Assembly (NCBI GenBank): GCA_963706335.1
Contig: CAVPME010000019.1
Coordinates: forward strand, 150,432-214,431
Reading direction: 5' to 3'
Source: Terriglobia bacterium
Lineage (GTDB): Bacteria; Acidobacteriota; Terriglobia; Terriglobales; Acidobacteriaceae
Length of the DNA: 64,000 nucleotides
Shown: positions 1 through 8,362 of the stretch, one piece after another
How positions within the stretch are numbered: the stretch's first letter is position 1
Layout: each line of letters opens with the position of its first letter
The notes under the pieces: model-generated
What the model saw: the letters and a program-made list of their open reading frames with translations, nothing else
Databases searched by the model: none
Told to the model about the DNA's origin: nothing
Program-made: the position numbers and the translations under genes

Positions 1-1
1 A

Positions 2-1128
2 CTCTCCACCACCATGGAGACCGAGATCAATCTGCCCTTCATCACCGCCGACGCGGGCGGCCCCAAGCACCTGGTGAAGAAGATGACCCGGGCGAAGCTG
101 GAGTCGATGGTCGAAGAGATCATTCAGCGCTCGGTGGGTCCGTGCAAGCAGTGCATGAAGGATGCCGGCGTGGATGCCAGCAAGATCAATGAAGTGGTGC
201 TGGTCGGCGGGCAGACCCGTATGCCGCGCATTCAGCAGCTGGTGAAGGACCTGTTCGGAAAAGAAGGCCACAAAGGCGTTAATCCGGACGAAGTGGTGGC
301 GATCGGAGCGGCAATTCAGGGTGGCGTGCTGCGCGGCGAGGTGAAAGACCTGCTGCTGCTGGACGTGACTCCGCTGTCGCTGGCGATCGAGACGCTGGGC
401 GGCGTGGCTACCCCGATGATCCCGCGCAACACGACGATTCCGACCAAAAAGACGGAAACGTTCTCGACTGCGGCCGATAGTCAGACCTCGGTTGAAGTTC
501 ACGTGCTGCAGGGCGAACGTCCGATGGCGGCGCAGAACCGTACTCTGGGCAAGTTCCACCTGACCGGAATTCCACCGGCGCCACGTGGCGTGCCTCAGAT
601 CGAGGTGACGTTCGACATCGACGCCAACGGCATCCTCAACGTGACCGCGAAGGATACGGCTACGGGCAAGGACCAGAAGATCACGATTACGTCATCTTCC
701 GGTCTGAGCAAAGAGGAAGTCGAGCGCATGGCCAAGGAAGCCGACGCGCACTCGGCGGAAGACAAGGCCCAGCGTGAAGCGGTCGACGCCAAGAACCAGC
801 TCGACTCGATGGTCTACAACGTCGAGAAGATGCTGCGCGAGCAGGGAGACAAGATTTCCGGCTCCGATCGTGGCGACGTCGAAAATGCGATTGCCGATGC
901 CAAGAAGGCGTTGGAGTCAAATGACAAGGCGACCATGGACAAAGCACGCGAGACGTTGACGCAGGCCTCGCACAAGCTGGCTGAGCAGATGTACAAAGCT
1001 GCCCAGGCACAGACGCCGCCGCAGCCCAGGTGCCGGGCGCGGGTCCGGCACCAGGCGGCGACGGTGAGGCCAAGAAGGACGAAGGCGTGATCGACGCCGA
1101 GTACGTGGACGTAGAAGACAAGAAGTAA
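2..1128 (+). CDS. dnaK: Hsp70 chaperone DnaK, C-terminal ~370 aa (5' end outside window). The frame breaks near 1008-1015, so the canonical tail is in another frame.
   Basis: ORF 14..1090 reads [10 protein letters not shown]...[10 protein letters not shown]...[11 protein letters not shown]...ILNVTAKD, the DnaK substrate-binding and lid region. The typical tail [35 protein letters not shown]-stop is encoded at 1021..1128 in a different frame from the ORF. Confidence 0.95.
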
Positions 1129-1130
1129 GC

Positions 1131-1151
1131 TGTCAGCTGTCAGCTTTCAGC
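1131..1151. repeat. Tandem heptamers TGTCAGC TGTCAGC TTTCAGC starting 3 nt after the dnaK stop
   Basis: Read directly from the sequence. Related xxTCAGC heptads recur in the tmk-holB spacer (19305-19451). Confidence 0.6.
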
Positions 1152-1163
1152 AAGAGTTGGTGG

Positions 1164-1184
1164 GGGCGGGTCTCCGACCCGCCC
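1164..1184 (+). terminator. GC-rich hairpin downstream of dnaK (GGGCGGGTC-TCC-GACCCGCCC), no U-tract
   Basis: Perfect 9-bp stem with a 3-nt loop, 36 nt after the dnaK stop. Confidence 0.45.
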
Positions 1185-1356
1185 AGACCAAGGTAAGGTC
1201 CGGTTCGTGCGCTGCGGGCGCCCTAAGCCGCGAGGTTTTCAGTGCGCCGGTGTGGCGCCGACGGTTTTGAGCCAAGAGCAGAATGCTCTCGGGACAGCGA
1301 GACGCCGGCGCTACAGATTGTTGGTGTTACAAATTCAGGCTCTGGGAGAAGAGAAA

Positions 1357-1533
1357 TTGCAATTCGAAGTAAATGGTGAAGATTATTTCTTGAATTTCGC
1401 GGAAGATGAGAGGCGATGGTTCGTGTTCGTGCCCTCACCGACGGGATTGCAGCGCATTCCCGTCTACATCGACGTATCTAAGTATGAGCGGATCGGTTTA
1501 GTAGAGGAAGACCGACCAAAGAGGCCGAACTAG
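1357..1533 (+). CDS. Small hypothetical protein (~58 aa from TTG 1357; GTG 1324 also possible) between dnaK and dnaJ
   Basis: Part of ORF 1207..1533. GGGAGAAGAG lies upstream of TTG 1357. Protein: QFEVNGEDYFLNFAEDERRWFVFVPSPTGLQRIPVYIDVSKYERIGLVEEDRPKRPN. No family recognised. Confidence 0.3.
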   Translation: MQFEVNGEDYFLNFAEDERRWFVFVPSPTGLQRIPVYIDVSKYERIGLVEEDRPKRPN

Positions 1534-1540
1534 CCTTTGA

Positions 1541-1576
1541 CCAACGGAGGGAGAGCGGGTTCCCTCCCTCGGTTGG
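1541..1576 (+). terminator. Hairpin after the small ORF (CCAACGGAGGGAG ... CTCCCTCGGTTGG, one mismatch)
   Basis: 13-bp stem with one mismatch, 8 nt after the stop at 1533. Confidence 0.35.
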
Positions 1577-1637
1577 CTCCGCGAAATCGTCGAGTGATTC
1601 GCAATAAAAACCTCAGGTTAGGACAACCATCAAGGCA

Positions 1638-2861
1638 ATGGCCAATCCCACCAAAAAGGATTACTACGAAATACTGGGCGTCAAGAAGTCCGCTTCAGCG
1701 GACGATATTCGCAAGGCGTTTCGTAAACTGGCCCGCAAGTACCATCCGGACGTTAATCCTGGCGACAAAGCTGCAGAAGAGAAGTTCAAGACTCTCTCCG
1801 AAGCTAACGACGTTTTAAGTGATCCCAAGAAGCGAAAGATTTACGACCAGGTCGGCTTCTATTCCGACAACATCGATTCCGCGACCGCCGATGCGTATGC
1901 GCGCGCCGGCAGCGGAGGTGGCGGAGCGGGACAAGGTTTCTCCGGTGGATCGGCTGGTGGCGGCGGGCAGGGAATTTCGATTTTGGCGGTTTCGATTTTT
2001 CCGACATGTTTGAGGCCGGCCAGAACAGAAAGGCTGGAAATTCGGGGACGGGTGGCTTTCGCGACATATTTTCAGGCATCTTCGGGGGAAAGGGCGCCTT
2101 CGGCGCCAGAGGGTCCCGAGTCCGGTTCCGACCTTGAGTATCAGGTCAACGTTCCCTTCTGGACCGCCATTCGCGGCGGCGTGATGCGCCTGAATATCAC
2201 CCGGCGGGATTCCTGTCCGCACTGCCACGGTCATGGTTTTATCGAGTCTGCGGGCACATGCCCGGAGTGCGGCGGCAAGGGCCAGGTCACGCAGACCGGC
2301 GGGAGAATGAAGTTCAATGTTCCATGCCCCCGCTGCCACGGCACCGGCAAAAACATTTCTACCTGTCCGCAGTGTCACGGTGAAGGCACCGTGGAACGCA
2401 CCGAACCTCTGGAAGTTCGAATCAAAGCTGGCACTCGCGATGGCCAACGCATCAGAGTACCCGGGAAAGGTAACGCGGGCACTCACGGCGGACCGGGCGG
2501 TGATCTGTACGTGATCATCCGCACGGCTGACCATCCTGTGTTCCACCGCGAAGGGGACGATATCCGCATTACTGTGCCGGTTAGCGCGACGGAAGCGGCT
2601 CTCGGCGCGAAGATCGAAGTTCCTACCATCGACGGACGCACGCTGCTCAAGATTCCGCCCGGCACCCAGTCGGGGCAAAAGCTGCGTCTGCGTGAAAAGG
2701 GGGTTCCTTCGGCCACGAAGGAGGGCGCGCGCGGAGACGAAATTGTCGAAGTGAAGCTGACCGTCCCTATGCCTCGGGATGAGCGCTCTAAAGAGATTCT
2801 GCGTGAGCTGGCGAAGCTGAATCCCGAAGATCCCCGTGCGGATCTCTGGAAGAATGTCTAA
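1638..2861 (+). CDS. dnaJ: Co-chaperone DnaJ (J domain, four CxxCxGxG zinc-finger repeats, C-terminal domains). The G/F region is encoded out of frame (see findings).
   Basis: KDYYEILGV...YHPDVNP (HPD motif); [32 protein letters not shown]; continuous 407-aa ORF. Confidence 0.95.
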   Translation: MANPTKKDYYEILGVKKSASADDIRKAFRKLARKYHPDVNPGDKAAEEKFKTLSEANDVLSDPKKRKIYDQVGFYSDNIDSATADAYARAGSGGGGAGQGFSGGSAGGGGQGISILAVSIFPTCLRPARTERLEIRGRVAFATYFQASSGERAPSAPEGPESGSDLEYQVNVPFWTAIRGGVMRLNITRRDSCPHCHGHGFIESAGTCPECGGKGQVTQTGGRMKFNVPCPRCHGTGKNISTCPQCHGEGTVERTEPLEVRIKAGTRDGQRIRVPGKGNAGTHGGPGGDLYVIIRTADHPVFHREGDDIRITVPVSATEAALGAKIEVPTIDGRTLLKIPPGTQSGQKLRLREKGVPSATKEGARGDEIVEVKLTVPMPRDERSKEILRELAKLNPEDPRADLWKNV

Positions 2862-2960
2862 ATTCAGTCGTCGGTCTTGATTTCAGTTCCTTCACAAACC
2901 GCTTGACCCCTCAGAACTGACCCAAAACCCGTTCCTTCGGTAACCCTTGGGAAAAAATAT

Positions 2961-4460
2961 GTGAAAATTATTTTTACTCCGCATCTAATTTCCCGTATGC
3001 TCACGGCTGCGAACTTGCTTTCCAGCCGAATTCTGAAAGCGCAAGGATCGCCCCGGAGGAAGCCGTCGAAATTGGCAACAGTTAGCGCCCCGCCTCAAAA
3101 TCTCCCGTCCCCTACGGTCGTCCCCAGCCGGAAAAAATCGGTTCGCCTCACTCTCTGGCCTCTTGTGGCTGCCACCTTTTTTATGGTGTCAGGCGGCACT
3201 TACGGGACGGAGGACATCGTCCACGGAGCGGGGTATCCCAAAGCCATTCTCATTCTTTTGCTGACCCCCATTCTCTGGAGCTTGCCGACCGCGTTCATGA
3301 TCGGTGAACTTTCCAGCGCCCTGCCTTTCGAGGGAGGATATTACGCTTGGGTACGCCGTGCCATGGGCAACTTCTGGGGGTTTCAGGAAGCATGGCTCTC
3401 GCTGGTAGCCTCGATTTTCGATATGGCGATTTACCCCACGCTGTTTGTGCTCTATCTCGACCGCCTTTTTCCCTGGTTTGCGGAGGGGCATCGCGGAGTG
3501 ACGGTGGCCCTGGCCGTAGTAGTCGTTTGCGCGCTTTTGAACATTGCCGGCGTTCGAGTGGTCTCGACCACGTCCTTGTGGCTTTTTTTCTTGCTGTCTG
3601 CGCCGTTCATTCTGATCGTGGCTATTGCACCGTTCAAGTTCGGAGCCCTCGCCCACGCCGTGACCAGACCGACTACTTCAACCGTCGATATTCTCGGCGG
3701 GCTGCTGATTTGTATGTGGAACTACATGGGCTGGGACAACGCCTCGACCATCGCTACTGAGGTCGAGCGTCCACAGCGTACGTACCCTCGTGCGATGCTC
3801 GCGGCAGTTGTGATCGTGGCCCTGAGTTATATCGTTCCTGTGATTGCGATGTGGATGACCGGCCTCTCATCGAGCGCTTGGGAAACCGGCTTCTGGGCGG
3901 ACATTGCCGGACTGCTGGGCGGCCCGCTGCTGCGCATCGGCCTTGCCCTTGGGGGCATGATCAGTGGTTTCGGCATGTTCAATGCACTGGTAATGAGCTA
4001 CTCTCGCCTACCCTTGGCGATGGCCCAAGACGGCATGCTGCCGCAGATCTTCGGCAAGCTGCATCCACGTTCTCGCGCACCGTGGGTGGCAATCGTGGTC
4101 TGTGCCCTCGGATGGGCGATGTGCCTGGGCTTGGGATTCGAGCGCCTGGTAACCATCGACATTTTGTTATATGGGGTCAGTCTTAGCCTGGAATTCGTTG
4201 CGCTCGTAGTCTTGCGGGTCCGCGAACCTGATTTGCCCCGGCCATTCAGGGTTCCAGGCGGGCTCGTTGGAGCCGTGGCAGTAGGAGTGGCCCCCATGCT
4301 GCTTCTTGGCTTCTCCATCGTCCGCAGCCAGCATGAACAGGTCCTGGGAATCAGTTCCTTCGCGTTCGGGATGCTGCTTATCGCTGCAGGCGTCCTCGCC
4401 TACATCCTCAATCTAAAGTTGAAGCCAGCAGGTTGGGCGCCAGTGGCCGAGAAATCGTAA
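2961..4460 (+). CDS. APC-superfamily amino acid/polyamine permease (start uncertain; ATG 2998 also possible)
   Basis: About 12 hydrophobic segments. FFMVSGGTYGTEDIV and GGYYAWVRRAMG are typical of APC permeases. Confidence 0.8.
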   Translation: MKIIFTPHLISRMLTAANLLSSRILKAQGSPRRKPSKLATVSAPPQNLPSPTVVPSRKKSVRLTLWPLVAATFFMVSGGTYGTEDIVHGAGYPKAILILLLTPILWSLPTAFMIGELSSALPFEGGYYAWVRRAMGNFWGFQEAWLSLVASIFDMAIYPTLFVLYLDRLFPWFAEGHRGVTVALAVVVVCALLNIAGVRVVSTTSLWLFFLLSAPFILIVAIAPFKFGALAHAVTRPTTSTVDILGGLLICMWNYMGWDNASTIATEVERPQRTYPRAMLAAVVIVALSYIVPVIAMWMTGLSSSAWETGFWADIAGLLGGPLLRIGLALGGMISGFGMFNALVMSYSRLPLAMAQDGMLPQIFGKLHPRSRAPWVAIVVCALGWAMCLGLGFERLVTIDILLYGVSLSLEFVALVVLRVREPDLPRPFRVPGGLVGAVAVGVAPMLLLGFSIVRSQHEQVLGISSFAFGMLLIAAGVLAYILNLKLKPAGWAPVAEKS

Positions 4461-4554
4461 ATCGAGTTGCCCACGGATATACAAGGATTTTACGATGCAT
4501 TTGTGAGATCGGGATTGATCCGCGCCTTCCGCCTTTTGCGGTAAAGTAATACAG

Positions 4555-4959
4555 ATGACCAAGCGGAAATCCAAGGGCGCGTACATGATTTCCTCCGTGG
4601 CTGAGATGTACGGCATCCACCCTCAGACCCTGCGTTTGTATGAACGTGAAGGACTACTAAAGCCTTCCCGCACTGAGGGAAACACGCGTCTTTATACCGA
4701 CGAGGATCTTTTGCGCCTTGAGTTCATCCTCTCTCTGGCTCGCGATCTGGGCGTGAATATCAGCGGGATCGCGATCATCCTGCAAATGCGTGCGCGCATG
4801 GAGGAGATGCAACTTCAGATTCAGGATTTCGTGAAATATATCCAAGAAGAAGTCTTGTCGCGGGCGAGCGCAGCCGCTGATCCTTCGAAAGGTGCGATTG
4901 TGCCGGTGCGGAGGCATTTGGTGGCGCCCGTGCCGCCGCCTCACACCAGAAAACGCTAA
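4555..4959 (+). CDS. hspR: MerR-family heat-shock repressor HspR-like
   Basis: YMISSVAEMYGIHPQTLRLYEREGLLKPSRTEGNTRLYTDEDLLRLEFILSLARDLGVNISGIAIILQM closely parallels the HspR wHTH and dimerisation helix. Confidence 0.7.
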   Translation: MTKRKSKGAYMISSVAEMYGIHPQTLRLYEREGLLKPSRTEGNTRLYTDEDLLRLEFILSLARDLGVNISGIAIILQMRARMEEMQLQIQDFVKYIQEEVLSRASAAADPSKGAIVPVRRHLVAPVPPPHTRKR

Positions 4960-5007
4960 AAGCATTGCCAAGGCACCAACTGTCCTCCAACCACCGTTCA
5001 CGGCTCT

Positions 5008-6021
5008 ATGCTTCCTTTCAGGTTGATCTACAGCGACGACTACTTCCTGCCTATCGGCGCGCACGTGTTTCCTGCAGGCAAGTATCGTGGGGTTCATGAT
5101 CGCTTGCTCGCAACTGCCGTCGCCGAAACCTCCGATTTCCTGGCACCTGACCCCGCATCCGATCAGGACGTGTTGCTGGTTCACACGCCGCAGTATGTCC
5201 AAAAGCTTAAGACTGGCACGCTTACCGAAAGCGAAGAAATGCAGATGGAGATTCCATATTCGCCTGAACTCGTGAATGCGTTCTGGCTGGCAGCGGGCGG
5301 TTCGATTCTCGCGGCCAGCCATGCGCTTCGGGACCGGGTCGCTATCAATATCGGGGGTGGCTTCCATCACGCGTTTCCGGATCACGGAGAAGGCTTTTGT
5401 ATGATTCACGATGTGGCGGTCGCAATCCGTCGACTGCAGCACGATAACAAGATTCGCAACGCTATGACTGTTGACTGTGATGTCCATCACGGGAATGGCA
5501 CAGCTGCCATTTTTGCAGGCACGCGAAATCCCAGCGAGCCCCTGCCTTCGAGTTCAGCTTCGACGGTGAGTTCAACTGCGTCCCGTAGCCGAGCAGGCAA
5601 GATGCGTCGCGCCCATGCAGGTGAGGTCTTTACCATTTCCCTGCACCAGCACAACAATTACCCCGCGTGGAAACCGCAATCCTCGATTGACGTAGATCTG
5701 CCCGACGGAACGGGCGATGACGACTATCTTGCCTGGCTCGACAATGCCCTCAGCTCCGGTCTACGTCAGTTCGAGCCGGAACTGATCTGCTACATCGCGG
5801 GGGCTGATCCGTATCGCGATGATCAGTTGGGTGGGCTCGAGTTGACAATTGACGGACTCAAAAAGCGCGATGCTCTGGTGTTCCGCGTGGCTAAGGCAAA
5901 GAATATTCCGATCATGGTGACCTATGCAGGTGGGTACGCGAGAAACCTGGAAGATACGGTGACGATTCATTGCAATACGGTGATTGCTGCCAAAGAGATT
6001 TTTGCGTCTTTGAAGCTTTAG
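5008..6021 (+). CDS. Histone deacetylase / acetoin-utilisation (arginase-deacetylase fold) family protein with a ~35-aa Ser/Thr/Arg-rich insertion
   Basis: GGGFHHAFPDHGEGFC, DCDVHHGNGTA, GADPYRDDQLGGL, the HDAC zinc and active-site motifs. Confidence 0.85.
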   Translation: MLPFRLIYSDDYFLPIGAHVFPAGKYRGVHDRLLATAVAETSDFLAPDPASDQDVLLVHTPQYVQKLKTGTLTESEEMQMEIPYSPELVNAFWLAAGGSILAASHALRDRVAINIGGGFHHAFPDHGEGFCMIHDVAVAIRRLQHDNKIRNAMTVDCDVHHGNGTAAIFAGTRNPSEPLPSSSASTVSSTASRSRAGKMRRAHAGEVFTISLHQHNNYPAWKPQSSIDVDLPDGTGDDDYLAWLDNALSSGLRQFEPELICYIAGADPYRDDQLGGLELTIDGLKKRDALVFRVAKAKNIPIMVTYAGGYARNLEDTVTIHCNTVIAAKEIFASLKL

Positions 6022-6108
6022 GCCACGCAGTTGCCATCGATTTCTCTGGTTTTGAAAAGCTACGAGGATCAGAAGGGATTACTTGAACAGGCGAAAACCC
6101 AGTTGCGC

Positions 6109-6130
6109 AAGCCAGCAGACATTCTGGCTT
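6109..6130 (+). terminator. Hairpin AAGCCAG-CAGACATT-CTGGCTT downstream of the deacetylase gene
   Basis: 7-bp perfect stem followed by ATTCC (weak U-tract). Confidence 0.3.
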
Positions 6131-6176
6131 ATTCCGAAAGCAATCTAGAATCGCTGATAAAATACGCCTGATCCCT

Positions 6177-7535
6177 ATGTTTGAGAATCTTTCAGAAAAA
6201 CTTCAGCGCGCCTTCAAAACTCTCCGGGGCGAGGCCACCCTCAACGAAGAGAATATGCAGGAGGCGCTACGCGCCATCCGGCTTGCTCTCCTTGAGGCTG
6301 ATGTCAATTTCAAGGTTGTTAAGCAGCTGATCGACCACATTCAGGAAAAGGCGATTGGCCAGCAGGTGGCAACCGCGCTTTCGCCTGCGGAACAAGTCAT
6401 CAAGATCCTGCGCGATGAACTGATCGAACTTTTGGGTCGAGATACAGCCAAGATTAAATTCGCATCACAGCCTCCGACTGTCGTATTGCTAGCTGGTCTA
6501 CAGGGTTCGGGTAAGACGACCACCGCGGGAAAGCTGGCGCACTGGTTCAAAAACGGTGGTCACCGGCCGTTGCTCGTGTCGGTTGACGTCTATCGTCCTG
6601 CAGCCCGTGAGCAGCTGAAAGTGGTGTCCCATGCAGTTAAGGCCAATATCTACGAGGGCGAAGCCGGCGAGGCGAATACGGCCACCGTCGAGCGGTTGGT
6701 AAAAGAAGCTCGCCGGGAAGCCATCAACACTGGGTCTGATGTGTTGATCGTGGACACCGCGGGCCGTCTGCATATCGACGAGCAACTGATGGATGAGATG
6801 CAGTCGCTGAAGCGGCTACTCAATCCACAGGAGATTCTGTTCGTCGCTGACGCCATGACCGGACAGGATGCCGTCAACTCCGCCGACGAGTTTCACAAAA
6901 AGCTTTCTTTGACCGGAGTTGTGCTTACAAAATTGGATGGCGATGCACGTGGCGGAGCAGCGCTCTCCATCCGGCAGGTTACGGGCCAGCCGATCAAGTT
7001 CATTGGTGTGGGCGAAAAATACGACGCGCTCGAGCCTTTCCATCCTGATCGGATCGTTTCCAGAATCCTGGGTATGGGGGACATTCTCTCGCTGATCGAA
7101 AGGGCGGAGCAGAATGTCGACAAGAAGAAAGCTCAGGAGATGGCAAGCCGCGCTCTTACCGGTGATGGATTTTCGTTGGAAGATTTTCGCGATCAGTTAC
7201 GGCAAATCAAGAAGATGGGATCGATCCAAAATCTGATGGGCATGCTGCCGAGCATCGGCCCCTTCGCGGGCATCCAAAAACATGCCGACAAGGTGGACGA
7301 AAAGCAACTCAACCGGGTCGAGGCTATCATCAACTCAATGACGCAGCATGAGCGCATGCACCATGAGGTGATGAACGGCAGCCGCCGCAAGCGCATCGCA
7401 CGCGGCTCCGGCACCAGCGTGCAGGAAGTAAACAATTTGCTACGCCAGTATGCCCAGATGCGGAAAATGTTTAAGCAAATCGGCAAGCCCAGTTTTGCCC
7501 GCAAATTGGCCGGCATGAAAATGCCAGGAATGTAG
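6177..7535 (+). CDS. ffh: Signal recognition particle protein Ffh
   Basis: GLQGSGKTTTAGKLA, DTAGRL, TKLDGDARGGAALS, and a Met-rich M domain (MGMLPSIGPF...MRKMFKQ). Confidence 0.97.
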   Translation: MFENLSEKLQRAFKTLRGEATLNEENMQEALRAIRLALLEADVNFKVVKQLIDHIQEKAIGQQVATALSPAEQVIKILRDELIELLGRDTAKIKFASQPPTVVLLAGLQGSGKTTTAGKLAHWFKNGGHRPLLVSVDVYRPAAREQLKVVSHAVKANIYEGEAGEANTATVERLVKEARREAINTGSDVLIVDTAGRLHIDEQLMDEMQSLKRLLNPQEILFVADAMTGQDAVNSADEFHKKLSLTGVVLTKLDGDARGGAALSIRQVTGQPIKFIGVGEKYDALEPFHPDRIVSRILGMGDILSLIERAEQNVDKKKAQEMASRALTGDGFSLEDFRDQLRQIKKMGSIQNLMGMLPSIGPFAGIQKHADKVDEKQLNRVEAIINSMTQHERMHHEVMNGSRRKRIARGSGTSVQEVNNLLRQYAQMRKMFKQIGKPSFARKLAGMKMPGM

Positions 7536-7628
7536 AAACGGCGTCGCGCCCCGAGCCTCAGCCCAATCGCTCGAGTGATGCGTTCCGCTTAAGCTTCACG
7601 GTCTGGGTCAGAGCTTGACACCCGCGTT

Positions 7629-8336
7629 ATGAAATGGCGATCGCTCGAAGAATCCGCCCCTGGCACGGACTCTCGTTCTCTACGCGACATCTTCGCGGAA
7701 CGTAAGGAACTCATCGCCAGGTATGTTCCACAGGAAACCCAGTCGGTACACGCGCGGGTTATCGATGAGCTCAAACGGGCCCACCTGGCGCAAAATAGTC
7801 TTGCGGTCGGATCTAAAGCTCCGGGCTTCGAACTCAAAGACCATAACGGCAAAACGATTTCGTCGGCTGATCGCTTAAGTCGCGCACGCCTTGTCATTTG
7901 CTTTTTTCGCGGACGATGGTGTCCCTTCTGTGTCGGACAGCTGGAAGCCATGAATTTGATCGCGCCACAGATTGAAGAATCTGCAGCTTCGCTGGTCGCC
8001 ATCTCTCCGCAGACGATTCAGCAGTCGTTCTTCATGGCCGATCAACACAAGCTGCGCTTTCCGTTGCTGAGCGATGCCAGCAACAACATTGCCCGTCAGT
8101 TTGGCTTGATCTATCGCGTGCCAGAAGAACAACAGGCTATTTACCGTAGAGCCTTTGTAAACTTGCCTTTTGCCAATGGCGACGATAGTTGGGGACTACC
8201 CATTCCCGCAACATTCATCCTCGAGACCGACAGCACGATCCTCTATCGTTCAATAGATGAGGACTACACCGAACGACCTGAGCCGTCGGAAATCCTTCTT
8301 CAGCTCCGGCTTCAGTCAAAACCGCCTGCCCTCTGA
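7629..8336 (+). CDS. AhpC/TSA (peroxiredoxin-like, thioredoxin-fold) family protein
   Basis: APGFELKDHNGKTIS...FFRGRWCPFCVGQL...FPLLSDASNNIARQFG. Confidence 0.75.
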   Translation: MKWRSLEESAPGTDSRSLRDIFAERKELIARYVPQETQSVHARVIDELKRAHLAQNSLAVGSKAPGFELKDHNGKTISSADRLSRARLVICFFRGRWCPFCVGQLEAMNLIAPQIEESAASLVAISPQTIQQSFFMADQHKLRFPLLSDASNNIARQFGLIYRVPEEQQAIYRRAFVNLPFANGDDSWGLPIPATFILETDSTILYRSIDEDYTERPEPSEILLQLRLQSKPPAL

Positions 8337-8362
8337 CTCATTCCTAAGTTTTTCAATTATGA

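Noticed and set aside
1128-4554. HAIR (HspR) or CIRCE (HrcA) operators near dnaJ and hspR.
   Set aside because: Only an isolated CTTGAGT half-site inside the hspR coding region (about 4718) and an unrelated 6-bp palindrome (about 1277-1291). No full inverted repeat was found by eye.
5560-5630. Intron-like GTGAGT...CAG boundaries within the deacetylase insertion.
   Set aside because: The reading frame is continuous across it and the segment is in phase (105 nt). The GT...AG resemblance is coincidental in a bacterial gene, and the other frames give no better HDAC sequence.
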